Origin: Octopus sinensis
Taxonomy: Eukaryota
Assembly: GCF_006345805.1 (NCBI RefSeq)
Contig: NC_043008.1
Coordinates: forward strand, 11,718,001-11,782,000
DNA: 64,000 bases
Reading direction: 5' to 3'
Part shown: in pieces, positions 41,820 through 54,194 of the stretch
Layout of the letters: each line of letters opens with the position of its first letter
Numbering within the stretch: the stretch's first letter is position 1
Made by a program: the position numbers and the translations under genes
Notes under the pieces: model-generated
Told to the model about the DNA's origin: nothing
Database searches by the model: none
Seen by the model: the letters and a program-made list of their open reading frames with translations, nothing else

Positions 41820-42216
41820 CTAGCAGTATCGCCCGGCGTTGCTCGGGTTTGTAAGAGAAATAACTATATAAGTATTTTTAGAGAGTTATAGCCGAAAAAT
41901 AGCAAAAAATGCATTAAAAATGGAAAAAAAATGATGGCAATTTTTTTTTTAAATCGTTGACTCATCGTAGACATTTTTAGAGAGTTACTTCCCTTATATA
42001 ATAGCGAAAAAATGCATTAAAATGGAAAAAAATTATGGTAATTTCTTTTTTAAATCGTAGACTCATCGTAGACGCGCGCTGATACCCAGAAGGGCTCGAT
42101 ATGAATCACGAGTATAAGATACACGGTTTTGGTTAAACTGCACCGCAAGATGTGGGGGTAGTTAGAAATCTAAATCGTAGGAGACAGACACACAACTTCT
42201 CTTTTATATATAAAGA
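41820..42216 (-). mobile_element. Non-autonomous Helitron
   Basis: Same family as 36981-37377; TC...CTAG termini at an A|T site. Confidence 0.9.
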
Positions 42217-42241
42217 TATGTGAATATATGAAGATATGTAA

Positions 42242-42308
<67 letters not shown>

Positions 42309-42523
42309 ATTACATATATATATATGTATATATACATTACAACCAGCCAGGAACAGTCTTCGCTACATTTGCGGTACCTGCCAGAGGGAGTGTTTGTCCA
42401 GGATAGGACTACCCACCACAGCAGGAAATGTATCAGGAAATAAAATGTAAAAGCCGGACTAGACTATTTTATGCGCAGCTCCATTGTCTCCCGAGGCAAA
42501 AAGATGCCAACAACAACATATAC

Positions 42524-42556
<33 letters not shown>

Positions 42557-42613
42557 ATATTTGAATATTGAGATAGGTAAATATATATATATATATATAA
42601 TATATATATATAA

Positions 42614-43050
42614 AAGGCGAGGAAGGTATTGCAGTGATATACATATGGAAGATCTTGGAAAATACACTCTATGGGAAAGCTATACCGGTCATCGAAATGG
42701 ACGGCACCTCATAATACCAAAGACCCTGTCTTCTTCATCTCGAATATAGAGCTAGTGCCGCCCGGGGCAGCTTGGGTTTCACGAGATAACAACTAGCTAA
42801 CATCCTGCCAAACAACGTCAGAGATTTCTGAGGTATAGATGTGAAAATCTTCAATAAAGCACCAGGATAAATTTGTATTTGAAATCCCTGATGAACTCAG
42901 ATCGCGGCTGGAAGCACAAAGAATAGCGACTCTATCCAACTCGTTTCTTCACCAAATGCAATTCGGAAAGGAGATCCAAAAATACTGAAAGGCAATGCCG
43001 CAACGATAACCTCAGCCTGTGGTTGAAACCAGCAAAACAATAACAGCATA
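42614..43050 (+). mobile_element. CR1/L2-group LINE 3' end, degenerate
   Basis: Frameshifted RRxRYxVIYIWKILE, YTGHRNGRHLIIPK, LGF...LxNILPxxVRD, DKFxFEIPDE, SNSFLHQM; short tail ...tgaaaccagcaaaacaataa. Confidence 0.75.
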
Positions 43051-43054
43051 AAAG

Positions 43055-43119
<65 letters not shown>

Positions 43120-43350
43120 CACACACACACACACACACATACATATACATACGGACATACGGGGCTCGAGAATAGTTTATGGAACTTTGGATGTAAAATT
43201 AGAGTAACGTATTTCACAGATTACCAGTAGTTTCCGGTGCTGGCAGATCTCGTCGCTGTAGCTCACCGATATTGCCCATGGAAATTAGTTTTCCTACAGT
43301 CCCCTTTTAATATGCTTATTGTCATATATATATATATATATCTATATATA

Positions 43351-43618
43351 TATATAAATAAATGAAAGAATGGAGTTTAACAAATGGAGTTTAACGACGA
43401 TTTAACAAAATTCCTTTATTCTCGACATATGTTTCGAAGGCTGCATATTCCTAATTTCGAAGGAATAAGGGGTGCATTATGCCGCCTTCTCATCAGGAAA
43501 AACAAGGAACTTATGTCAGCATCAAGATGAACAAAAACTCTTTGATGACTGCCCACAGGGAGTCCATAGCGATAATGTTAAATCGTCGTTCAACTCCATT
43601 CTTTCATTTATTTGTATA
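43351..43618 (-). mobile_element. Penelope-type mini-element with ~43-bp inverted ends enclosing a hammerhead ribozyme
   Basis: aaataaatgaaagaatggagtt.aac..gacgatttaaca (43356-43407, containing a 14-bp duplication) is an inverted repeat of 43576-43618. Confidence 0.75.
43413..43509 (-). ncRNA. Type I hammerhead ribozyme with an intact catalytic core
   Basis: Stem I ccuuguuuuuc/gagaauaaagg. CUGAUGA at 43496-43490. Stem II GAAGGCgGCAUA/UAUGCaGCCUUC. GAA at 43435-43433. Palindromic stem III ACAUAUGU. GUC cleavage triplet at 43426-43424. Confidence 0.82.
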
Positions 43619-44109
43619 AAAAAAACACACAAATTTCCACACGAAAGCACGTGATCTCTGCCCTTGGCATGTAGCTTCAACCATTTTTTCTGACGTGAAT
43701 TTGCTACCCAGGTATCGGTTAACCGAATTATCCATACTAAGATAATTCATTCAACTACTTATATATAAATATATATATGTATATATATACACGAAATTTT
43801 AAATTTAGTTCGGGAAACCTCAGTACTACCTTTCCAGACCATTAGGCGTCCGCGGACTGCAGGTTGCGTACCATTGGTCTAATTGATTATTGTTATGAAT
43901 GTACATTTTCAACTGCTGTTATGCAATGCCAATATCAAATTGCTACCAAGAATGCATCAATTTTACATTTTTTTTCTTTCAAAATTATATATTCCAGTGT
44001 GCTCGAGCTCCCCACGCAGAACTTCTAGTTTTCCAGCGGAGTTGTACAAATACTAACATATAAGCCAATATCTACATTCGCTTTTCTAGAAGTCAGAGCG
44101 AAAATACAC

Positions 44110-44168
44110 GTGAAATACTGCTAAGCATTTTGCCCGGCCTGCTATCGATTCTGTCAAACCGCCACCTT
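44110..44168 (-). mobile_element. SINE B head fragment
   Basis: gaaatactgctaagcattttgcccggcctgctatcgattctgtca..ccgcc. Confidence 0.7.
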
Positions 44169-44812
44169 CCTTCCTGTGGTAATATTGATATAACAAGCTG
44201 CACATGACAACCATTTTCTCTCTTTATCGTTGGTGAATTACGCAACGTGTGCTTTGGTACTGAAAACTTATTTTTATGGTAGTCTCATCATTCTGTTCTG
44301 TCGTTTAATTCTACAATCATTTTTATGATCTTAGACACTATGTTCCTTCACATGGTGAACCTCTCGACGAATGAACTGTTTTTCTCAGAGTTCCACTGTG
44401 AAAGAAAATTTCTCATGAAATGTCTAAATTCTTATAACGTTAACATTTAAAAATTAATGGTGTGCCATGAAATCGAGAGCCATTCGCTTTTGAGACTTAA
44501 TATCATTTCCATTCTCGATTCTGTTTCAATATTTCTCCCTCTGTTTCTCTTTATCTTTTTCTCTTTCCTTTCATTTCTTTCTTCTGTCTTAGTATCTGTC
44601 GAAGTGAATAGTCTCCTAAACAAGGAGAAAAACGCAGGGGAAATATACCAGAATTGTATACTTTATGTATCTTCTTCCTTTTTGTTTAATTAATATTGAC
44701 GAAGCTGAGTGACTGTTGCGTCGTTGTGCACTTTTAGTGATTCAATATTTCGTTTAGTGGAACAAAATTTGTACTGCCTAAACTCATATCTTATATATAT
44801 ATATATATATAT

Positions 44813-45076
44813 TCTTTTACTTGTTTCAGTCATTTGACTGTGGCCATGCTGGAGCACCGCCTTTAGTCGAGCCAATCGATCCCAGGACTTATTCTTTGTA
44901 AGCCTAGTACTTATTCTATCGGTCTCTTTTGCCGAAACGCTAGGTTACGGGGACGTAAACATACCAGCATCGGTTGTCAAGCGATGTTGAGGGAACAAAC
45001 ACAGACATACAAACATATACACGCACACATACACGCACACACATACATACATACACACACACATATTTTAATATAT

Positions 45077-45128
<52 letters not shown>

Positions 45129-45272
45129 CTATATATATCAGAGAGAGGAGAGAGAGAGAGAGAGAGAGAATACGACAGGATTCTTTCAGTTTTCCGCCTA
45201 CCAAATCCACTCACAGGCTTTCAGTGGACGAACCAGGAACCATATGATTGGTAAGCAAGCTACTTACCACAC
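44813..45272 (-). mobile_element. SINE A with an expanded internal microsatellite
   Basis: Both halves are separated by ~190 bp of CA/TA/GA repeats. Confidence 0.92.
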
Positions 45273-45306
45273 ACCACATACACACACACACACACACACA
45301 CACATA

Positions 45307-45339
<33 letters not shown>

Positions 45340-45726
45340 CTACATACATATATACATAAAAAATATATATATATATATAATATATAATATATATATGAGG
45401 GATACAATTCAAAGTTATATATATATATTATATAATAATGTGTGTGTGTGTGTGTATGTGTGTGTGTATATGTATGTATGTATGTATATTTGTGTGTCTC
45501 TGCTCCTCATTGAACGTGTGAATCTATGAAACATGTGTATTTGGATGGGTTACAACAACCCTTTTGCATCTCGCTAATTTTGCAACGTAATTCAACTTTA
45601 AATATTAACTATGTACAGAACTTTATTCGTTGTCTCTGCTTTCAATATTAAACTCAAACGATTTTTTTTGGTTTCGACCGTAATTCATAAACTGACTCAC
45701 CGATATATCAGTTTTCTCTTCTACAG

Positions 45727-45797
45727 ACCGACAATCCTTTCAATGGTGCAATTACTATAAAACCTGTTCACGCCAATTTCTGTTTCCAACTCCAGAG
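45727..45797 (+). other. Candidate isolated 71-bp exon of an unidentified gene
   Basis: Branch-like CTGAC at 45692, ttttctcttctacag| acceptor, ag|gtaagg donor, two open frames; peptide not recognised. Confidence 0.25.
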
Positions 45798-47224
45798 GTA
45801 AGGACAGTTCTTTTGATTCTCAATAGGGCTTTTATATAAACTATAAAACCAGTTCCTAGATTGTTGATTTGTTTGGAAATATTTAGTCATGTTTCAATAC
45901 TTGCTATTCTAATCCCGTAACACTTTCTGATTCTCCCTGCGTCATGTGACTTATTACATGTTTCTGCACAAATTCCTGTTACCTGCTTCCTGTCTGTTTG
46001 TTTGTCTTTCTGTATGTCTGTCTGTCTGTGTCTCTCACCCACTCTCTCGATCTGTTCTTTTTCTCTCTCGCTATGTCTTTCTCCCTCTTACACGGACCTT
46101 CCTCTTTCCGTATCACTGAATCCTCCATATTCTTTCCTGCTAATTATCAAAGGCACTGTTGATATTCTAATATTGCAATCAGTGCTTTTGTTGTAGATGA
46201 CGAAATGGCTCCATTAAATTTGATCGGGTGAAAGAAAAAAATTAAGCCATTATCAATGGGCATGCAACATTGTTACCCCAATATGGTGCTAAGGCCAAAC
46301 CGGATACATTATTGTAAGGACTAAATCATTTTATATTCAGTAAGCACTGAATGATTTCGTTAAGTGTTTGAAAACCCAGTCGACGTCACTTGGTAGTGTT
46401 TAGATAACTTCTCTTTACATTTAACAAATATTTGCTTACAAAGGGATAGGCTCCAGAATGGCAGTAACCTTTATCAGAACAAAGACGCTTTTGGTCATCA
46501 TATTTATAATTAAGGGTTCATTTATCGAAACACTTTGAAAACAAAATATGCGCTTGGGTGGTTTATATAAAATTCTTTTATATTATTGTAACATATATGG
46601 TTCTGATTAAATTCTGTCCACGAACATTTACAGTGTGATTTGGAAGAATGTTCTAAATGTTTTTACAATATTCTGTGTACAATATTTCAATGTTTCCAAA
46701 CCCTATGAGATCAAATTGTTAATTTTATATGTTTTATGTTTTCGGACCTAATAAAATCACACTGATTAAGAATATCGATCACAATATTTCTCTCCTTTAC
46801 GGAAAAAAAGGGAAGCAAAGAAACTATACTTCTTAATTCTATTGCTGAATCAATATTTAATTTATCAATTTCTGGAAACTAATACACCGCATCTGTGTCG
46901 TTAATACCCTAAGGAAAACAAGAACATCACAAATTCAAAACCAACTCTCAATGAAATCTGCTGCATCACGTTTTGTCACTTGAAAAGGTTTTCTGATGTT
47001 ATTTGATTGAAATATATATGAACTAATATGTCTTCCACGCGGGGATTAGAGAAGTAGAATTCATTTCTAGGTATCGGAATCAGGTCATTTCTAAGTTTCA
47101 GTAGCGACTCTTGTACTTTTGGTACCCGCCGCAACGAATTACTACTAAACATTTACAAACATATATTCTGATGCTAGACAATGATTCTGTTTCAAAACAA
47201 AAGTTATATATTACCGAATGAAGT

Positions 47225-47389
47225 ACATGTGGCTCAATTCTGTCACACACATATGAATATGTTAATTAATGGTCTGTTCCACAGGTAACGGGGTCAGTCT
47301 TGCTGTGTGACACCCTGGTCAAGTATCTTCTATTATAGCCCCAGTTTAAGCAATGCCTGGTGAGTTAAAATTGCAAAGAAGCCCGTCAT

Positions 47390-47392
<3 letters not shown>
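47225..47392 (+). mobile_element. SINE A 5' half, very degenerate
   Basis: ggggtcagtcttgctgtgtgacaccctggtcaagtatcttctattatagcccc...aagaagcccgtc. Confidence 0.6.
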
Positions 47393-47435
<43 letters not shown>

Positions 47436-47457
47436 GTATATACATATATATATATAT

Positions 47458-48005
47458 TTCCTATTTAGTACTGGGGATGTTTCATTTGTGAAGACGTACT
47501 CTTGTATTTGTCTGAGTGTTGGATCCTTCGGGTACGTGGATAAAACGCGGTTGTCAAGTTGACCCCGTGTGCCTCCATGTTGGTGTTTGGCATGTTGGTA
47601 GAGTATGGAAGACATTTTTTTTGTCGTCATATTGTCTCCAATGTACATTTAGTCCCTCTACAATGCTTCTAGATGTCTCACCTGGTATACCATGTTCACT
47701 TCTTTACAAGTACCTTCTATTCACCTTATACTGTAGACGACATTTCTTGTTCTACAGTTAATTCTAGTTAATTCATCTTGCACACTATGCAGTTATCATT
47801 GGTGCTTGTGGTATTCTCACTGGGGTATGTCCTACATAGTTGTGATCTGATGGAGCTCCCTGGCGTTTCAATGATCTTAATGTTGAGTTTGGCCTCCTTC
47901 AGAGCATTACTAGTTCTCCATGGGCCTCCACACACATCACGCCTTGATATTTGTCTGTCTTCTACCACGTGTTCACCCTGTTTGCTTTGTCAAACATAGC
48001 TTGCC
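47458..48005 (-). mobile_element. Penelope-like element 3' part (linker and GIY-YIG endonuclease pseudogene)
   Basis: KIIETPGSSIRSQLCR, NCIVC, INCRTRNVVYSI...C...YTGETSRS...H...LYQHAKHQH...RQIQE...PVLNRK, with stops and frameshifts. Confidence 0.85.
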
Positions 48006-48019
48006 AGGTATATTTATTG

Positions 48020-48249
48020 GCGGCGAGCTGGCAGAATCGTTAGCACGTCGGGCGAAATGCTTAGCTGTATTTCGGCTGCCGTTACGTTGTGAGTTCAAAT
48101 TCCACCGAGGTCGACTTTGCCTTTCATCCTTTCGGGGTCGATAAATTAAGTACCAGTTAAACACTGGGGTCGATATAATCGACTTAATACCTATGTCTGT
48201 CCTTGTTTGTCCCCTCTATGTTTAGCCCCTTGTGGGTAATAAAGAAATA
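48020..48249 (+). mobile_element. SINE B monomer with 14-bp TSD
   Basis: TSD aggtatatttattg at 48006-48019 and 48249-48262; tggcagaatcg A-box-like, gagttcaaattcc B-box-like; gcctttcatcctttcggggtcgataaa core. Confidence 0.95.
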
Positions 48250-48876
48250 GGTATATTTATTGAATATTTTTGAGGTTACATGTAACCTTTGGGTATCATT
48301 CGCCTAAGATTCTTGGTGACACTAAAATACGCTTCAGCATGCCAACTACTGGCTTGATTGTAACCAACTAGAACATTCTTCACGAGGGAAGAAATTTTTT
48401 GCGCATTCAAATAGACAGATATACGCTTAGGGCTGACTAGCGACTGCAAGCAATTTCTTCGAGCGATATTTCTCAGGATCCTATAAAATATAAGACTCTG
48501 ACAAAAGACGAAGTCAGTCATAGCATATAGACTCTTCATTCATTGAATATTATAATCCAGCTTAATAATTAATTGATTTTACCCTTAATCATTGATATAT
48601 ATATATATATTATATATATATATATAGATATTATATATATATATATATATATATACATACATACATACATACATACATCATACACACACGTATGTATATA
48701 ATAATATTATAAACCTAATTATAAGAAGGGTCGGGTTAACACTCACGAAGCGCTGCTAAAACTAGACGGTAATGTCTTTTTTTTACTACCTTAAAATCTC
48801 CGAAAAAAACACACTTAAAATAACGAATCAAAACATACTTAACCGTAGACGCGTTTCGAACTTAAAGTAAAAATAA

Positions 48877-49172
48877 AAAATGGAAGCACTCCGTCGGTTA
48901 CGACGATGAGGGTTCCGGTTGATCCGAATCAACGGAACAGCCTGCTCGTGAAATTAACGTTTAAGTGGCTGAGCACTCCACAGACACGTGTACCCTTAAC
49001 GTAGTTCTGGGGGATATTCAGCGTGACACAGAGAGTGACAAGGCCGGCCCTTTGAAATACAGGTACAACAGAAATAGGAATAAGAGTGAGAGAAAGTTTG
49101 TGTGAAAAGTACAGCAGGGATCACCACCATCCCCTGCCGGAGCCTCGTGGAGTTTTTTTAGATCTTTCGCTC
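48877..49172 (-). mobile_element. SINE family D, lacking its head
   Basis: tggaagcactccgtcggttacgacgatgagggttccggttgatcc...gccggagcctcgtggag; homologous to 4994-5311. Confidence 0.8.
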
Positions 49173-49418
49173 AGATTTTGCCTTAGAATGCAGTTGGTAA
49201 GGAGTAAATACTACGGACAAGTGGTGTAATGCACTTCCAGTAGTCTTATCTTCGCTGTTGGACGATTTTCGTTGTTACTGGTATATTTGTGTATTTCAAC
49301 AAAGTACCTCCCAACACAGTACGCTGCCACCTTACCATTTTGGAATATATATGCATTATGTTTGATACACATTAAATATATATATATATATATATATATA
49401 TACTATATATATATATAT

Positions 49419-49454
<36 letters not shown>

Positions 49455-49555
49455 GGAGATAATTGAAAGATGTATACACAAACATATGTCTCACTGAATC
49501 TGCCTATCTAGTTCTCTATCTATATGTGTGCATGTGTGTGTTTCTATGTGTGTAC

Positions 49556-49603
<48 letters not shown>

Positions 49604-49718
49604 AGTAATGGACCGCAACATAGACCGAATTTGCTTATATATATATATATGTTGAAAGATATAGATATAGATAGATAGATAGATCTAGATAGAGCGGGAT
49701 AGAGAGGGAGAGAGATTA

Positions 49719-49822
<104 letters not shown>

Positions 49823-50054
49823 AGCATATGATTGTATTTTATGCTCACTATCTACAGCAAGTGAGGAGTTACATCTTTATTCGAAAATGGAAAGAGAGGA
49901 CTGAATATATTTGCACGGTTCTCGCCAGTCTTTAAAGGCCCCGCGACAACGTGTCCCGTAGATTGAAGCACTCAACAGCCTCGACTTTCATGAAAATTAA
50001 ACTCACATGAAATGTTATGCCCCCTCTCCGTATCAGAGGGAAATACGGTACACC

Positions 50055-50935
50055 TTTCGCTTATGATTATTTCAACTCTATGAGAGGTACTCCAGCTATG
50101 GTAAACTGTTCCTAACACCTGCATCTACCCTGTAGAATTAGGCTTTTCGTTTTTGATAAGTTAAAGGGTTACTAGCAAGAACTAAAACGATAACATAAAC
50201 TTTTCCCTTTTGATTATTTCAATTTTATGAGAGGTACTCCAACTATGGTAAACTGTTCCTAACACCTATATCTACCTTGTAGAATTAGACTTTTCGTTTT
50301 TGATAAGTTAAAGGGTTACTAGCAAGAACTAAAACGATAACATAAACTTTTCCCTTTTGATTATTTCAATTTTATGAGAGGTACTCCAACTATGGTAAAC
50401 TGTTCCTAACACCTATATCTACCTTGTAGAATTAGACTTTTCGTTTTTGATAAGTTAAAGGGTTACTAGCAAGAACTAAAACGAAATTTTCCCGTTTGAT
50501 TATTTCAACTTTATGAGAGGTACTCCAGCTATGGTAAACTGTTCCTAACACCTATATCTACCTTGTAGAATTAGACTTTTCGTTTTTGATAAGTTAAAGT
50601 GTTACTAGCAATAACTAAAACGATAACATAAACTTTTCCCTTTTGATTATTTCAACTTTATGAGAGGTACTCCAGCTATGGTAAACTGTTCCTAACACCT
50701 GCATCTACCTTGTAGAATTAGACTTTTCGTTTTTGATAAGTTAAAGGGTTACTAGCAAGAACTAAAACGATAACATAAACTTTTCCCTCATGATTATTTC
50801 AACTTATGAGAGGTACTCCAGCTATGGTAAACTTTCCACTACACACCTACAATTACCTTTGTAGATTTTAGACTTCTGGTTTTTGATAAGTTAAAGGGTT
50901 ACTAGCAAGAACTAAAACGATAACATAAAATTTTC
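50055..50935. repeat. Tandem array of six 147-bp monomers (one is 139 bp)
   Basis: gattatttc anchors at 50065, 50212, 50359, 50498, 50645, 50792. Confidence 0.97.
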
Positions 50936-51349
50936 TGCTTTAAATGAGCATATGAATATGATATTGTTTGCGTATGTATGTGTAGCTGTAACACAGTGTG
51001 TTGGAGTATGAATTTGTGTAAGATGTATGACTATTTATTGCGTTTTGCATACGTTATCGGGGAAAACGGAATTTAATTGTTTCTCCAATGTGAAGCACAC
51101 AAGAATTACAGGTCGAATAAAATCGATATCAGATCGAAGTGAGCCGCGCGCACAATTATCAAATAACCATAAAATAGTGAAATGAAGCGAGGAGAGAACC
51201 ATGCCAGAGTAAACAATTCTAACTGGAATAATGAATACAATGGCCAATAAAATGATATTCGTGCGGGTTTGGATGGGGGAAGGGCGTTACTATGGAGGGA
51301 GGGGGGGTAATTATCAGAAGAATTTGGATTGCAGAGGTAAACAAAGGAG

Positions 51350-51528
51350 AAGGATAATGGTGATGGTGATGATGATGATTCTGATGATGGTGATGTTGGT
51401 GATTATGGTTATGATAATGGTGATAATGATGATGATGGTGATGATGGTGACGGTGATGATAATGATGATGTTGGTGATTATGATGACAATGATGTTGATG
51501 ATGATGATGATGATAATTATGATAATGG

Positions 51529-51587
<59 letters not shown>

Positions 51588-52500
51588 ATGATAATGGTGA
51601 TAATGATGATGATGATGAGGATGATAATGATGATGATGATTATGATAATGGTGATAATGGTGATGATGATGATGATGATGGTGACGGTGATGATGATGAT
51701 GATGATGATGACGACAACGACTACGACCACGACGACGATGACGGCAACAAAGATGATGATGATGATGATGACATTGATGATTGTACGGACGATGACGATG
51801 ACGATAATTGCGATGCCGACGAGAACTGCGTTCCTGATTAGTAATCAGAACAGGATATGTAAGGGGGCGTCGAGGAAGACGACCAATGACGATGATTATG
51901 ATTACGATGGCGAGGAAGTTGATAATGCTGCTGCTGCTGCCGCTACTGCTACATGTGATGTCGACGGAGATGATGGCGACGAGAAAAACGAAGATGAAGT
52001 TGACAACGACGATGATGATGGCGGTACGACGCCAAGAACCGCGGTGGACGACAGTAACGAAAATGATTGTGATGATGATGATGATGATGATGGGGTGGTG
52101 GTAGTGATAACGGTGGTGATTCAGATGGCAACGACGGCGAGCCGGATGCAGCTGCTGCTGATTATCCTTATCATTATGGTCATCTTTCGAATTATCGTTA
52201 ACTGCATAATAATGATAATCGAGATAATGCGACGATTGCAACAGTGACAAATAGAAAATGATGTTGATTTTATAATGATGGCAACGAAGATGATAATAAT
52301 GACGGTGACAAGGAAGGGCGAAAGGAGGAGGAATATGAGGGGAGGATGAGGAGAGGATGAGGAGAGGATGAGGAGAGGATGAGGAGAAGGAGGATGTTAA
52401 TAATGATGGCGTCGATTAGCCATGCACTAAAGGTGGTAGTGACGATGGCTATGCGGATAGTGATAATGATGATGATGATGATGATGAGGAGGAGGAGGAG
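51350..52500. repeat. (GAT)n-based compound trinucleotide region with (GAG)n
   Basis: Direct reading; source of the poly-Met and poly-His ORFs. Confidence 0.95.
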
Positions 52501-52713
52501 GAGGAAGGTGAGGGGATGACGAGAAAGATGCGGTTGAGAAGAAATGCTCGACATACGAAAAGATATGGGTTACTTAGAATTGTTGGACAACAGGTAGCAA
52601 GCTAAGCATTGTATATTATTATTATTTTTATTTTCTTTTGTAACTAAGACTTTGTTGGAACTCCTTGAGTCTTAAATGCGTAGGGAGTTTCCTACGGGTA
52701 GCCTATGGTATCA

Positions 52714-53117
52714 TACTATCTTTACTCTTTTACTCTTTTACTTGTTTCAGTCATTTGACTGTGGCCATACTGGAGCACCGCCTTTAATCTAGCAACTCGA
52801 CCCCGGGACTTATTCTTTTGCAAGCCCAGTACTTATTCTATCGGTCTCTTTTGCCGAACCACTAAGTGACGGGGACGTAAACACACCAGCATCTGTTGTC
52901 AAGCAATGCTAGGGGGACAAACACAGACACACAAACACACACATACATATATACGACAGGCTTCTTTCAGTTTCCGTCTACCAAATCCACTCACAAGGCA
53001 TTGGTCGGCCCGGGGCTATAGCAGAAGACACTTGCCCAAGGTGCCACGCAGTGGGACTGAACCCAGAACCATGTGGCTGGTTAGCTATCTACTTACCGCA
53101 CAGCCACTCCTGCTCCT
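52714..53117 (-). mobile_element. SINE A, full length
   Basis: Family consensus match. Confidence 0.94.
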
Positions 53118-53134
53118 ACTGTTTATTTTTATCA

Positions 53135-53440
53135 ATTATCAAATACAAAGCTCACGATTCTGGCTGTGTTAACAAGGCAGGGCATTTCCTCTGGGCATTC
53201 TCTTCTCCCTTCTTTTATATTCCCCTTGTTCACTTCTAACACTGTCCATAAGGACCCAGAAATAATTGGCATTATCTTCACGATTTTAATTATCCATGCT
53301 GGAGATATATCGTATTCATGAGTATCGTATGTCGATTTTTTCGCTTTTCTTCTTGACGTTCCGTGGGTCAAAGGGGCACACAATATCAATTATATAACCC
53401 ATTTGGTTCACCTGTGCCCCACTACTGCGTCCAGCTTCAT
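53135..53440 (-). mobile_element. R4/Dong-type RLE endonuclease remnant, old
   Basis: Frameshifted KLDAVV...YIIDIVCPFDPRNVKKKSEKI...VKIMPIISGSLWTV...CLVNTARIVSFVFD (PD-D-xK RLE pattern). Confidence 0.7.
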
Positions 53441-53456
53441 TCTTATAATTATTATT

Positions 53457-53988
53457 GAGTGAGAGAGGAGTGCATTCCATGAATGTGACACCGGTCTGAA
53501 ATATACGTAGTCCAGTATACACATCATGACCACCCGTCTGATAAGAGTACACCAGGCACATTCATCACAAGCATATGTACGCGACATGGCGATGTCATAT
53601 CAAGATAAGCAGCACTTGAAGTTGCAGGGGGGGGGGCAGTGAGAACTTTCCTCGGGTCAAATAGTCTCCCCCGCTCAAATGGTCCCTGAATAAGGGTTGT
53701 TTAAGGATATTGAACAAAACAGCCATGTTCCCAGAGGTGAATTATAGGAATCCCCAAAAATTCCTTTCAACATATGACAATGATGCCCCATCATCACTAT
53801 TTCTGCTCGGGAGCAGAGATGCTCAATTGGTTAAGGTCAAACAACTGACAAGCAAATCTGTGGTATTGAGCAGAATATTTGCTGTAGCCCATCTTTTTAT
53901 ACCAAGAGAAAACATGTCCATGATAACACTTCCCATCAGTTAAGATCAGAACCTATGAGAGCCAGTGTCTTATACTGCATCAGAGCAT
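53457..53988 (-). mobile_element. (AAT)n-flanked element, copy 4 (diverged, with a small internal deletion)
   Basis: Reverse complement of 1361-1936; ATT repeats on both sides. Confidence 0.88.
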
Positions 53989-53989
53989 T

Positions 53990-54032
53990 CATTATTATCA
54001 TCATCATCATCATCATCATCATTATTATTATT

Positions 54033-54127
<95 letters not shown>

Positions 54128-54129
54128 CA

Positions 54130-54168
<39 letters not shown>

Positions 54169-54194
54169 GTGTTATTATTATTATTATTATTAAT
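53990..54194. repeat. (ATT)n/(ATC)n microsatellite
   Basis: Direct reading. Confidence 0.98.

Noticed and set aside
48020-48110. tRNA gene
   Set aside because: A/B boxes are present but there is no full cloverleaf; this is a SINE head repeated many times in the window
48249-48256. ggtat after SINE B as the start of another multimer unit
   Set aside because: It belongs to the 14-bp TSD aggtatatttattg
48840-48870. 3' half of a minimal hammerhead (CGAAACGCGUC on the minus strand)
   Set aside because: The CUGANGA half is absent, possibly lost at the adjacent SINE D insertion; incomplete
50055-50935. CRISPR-like regular repeat
   Set aside because: Units are contiguous with no unique spacers, the context is eukaryotic and there are no cas genes
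51219-52250. Long poly-His and poly-Met ORFs on both strands
   Set aside because: Trinucleotide-repeat artefacts; the same applies to the many poly-Ile, YI, CV and HT ORFs in the track
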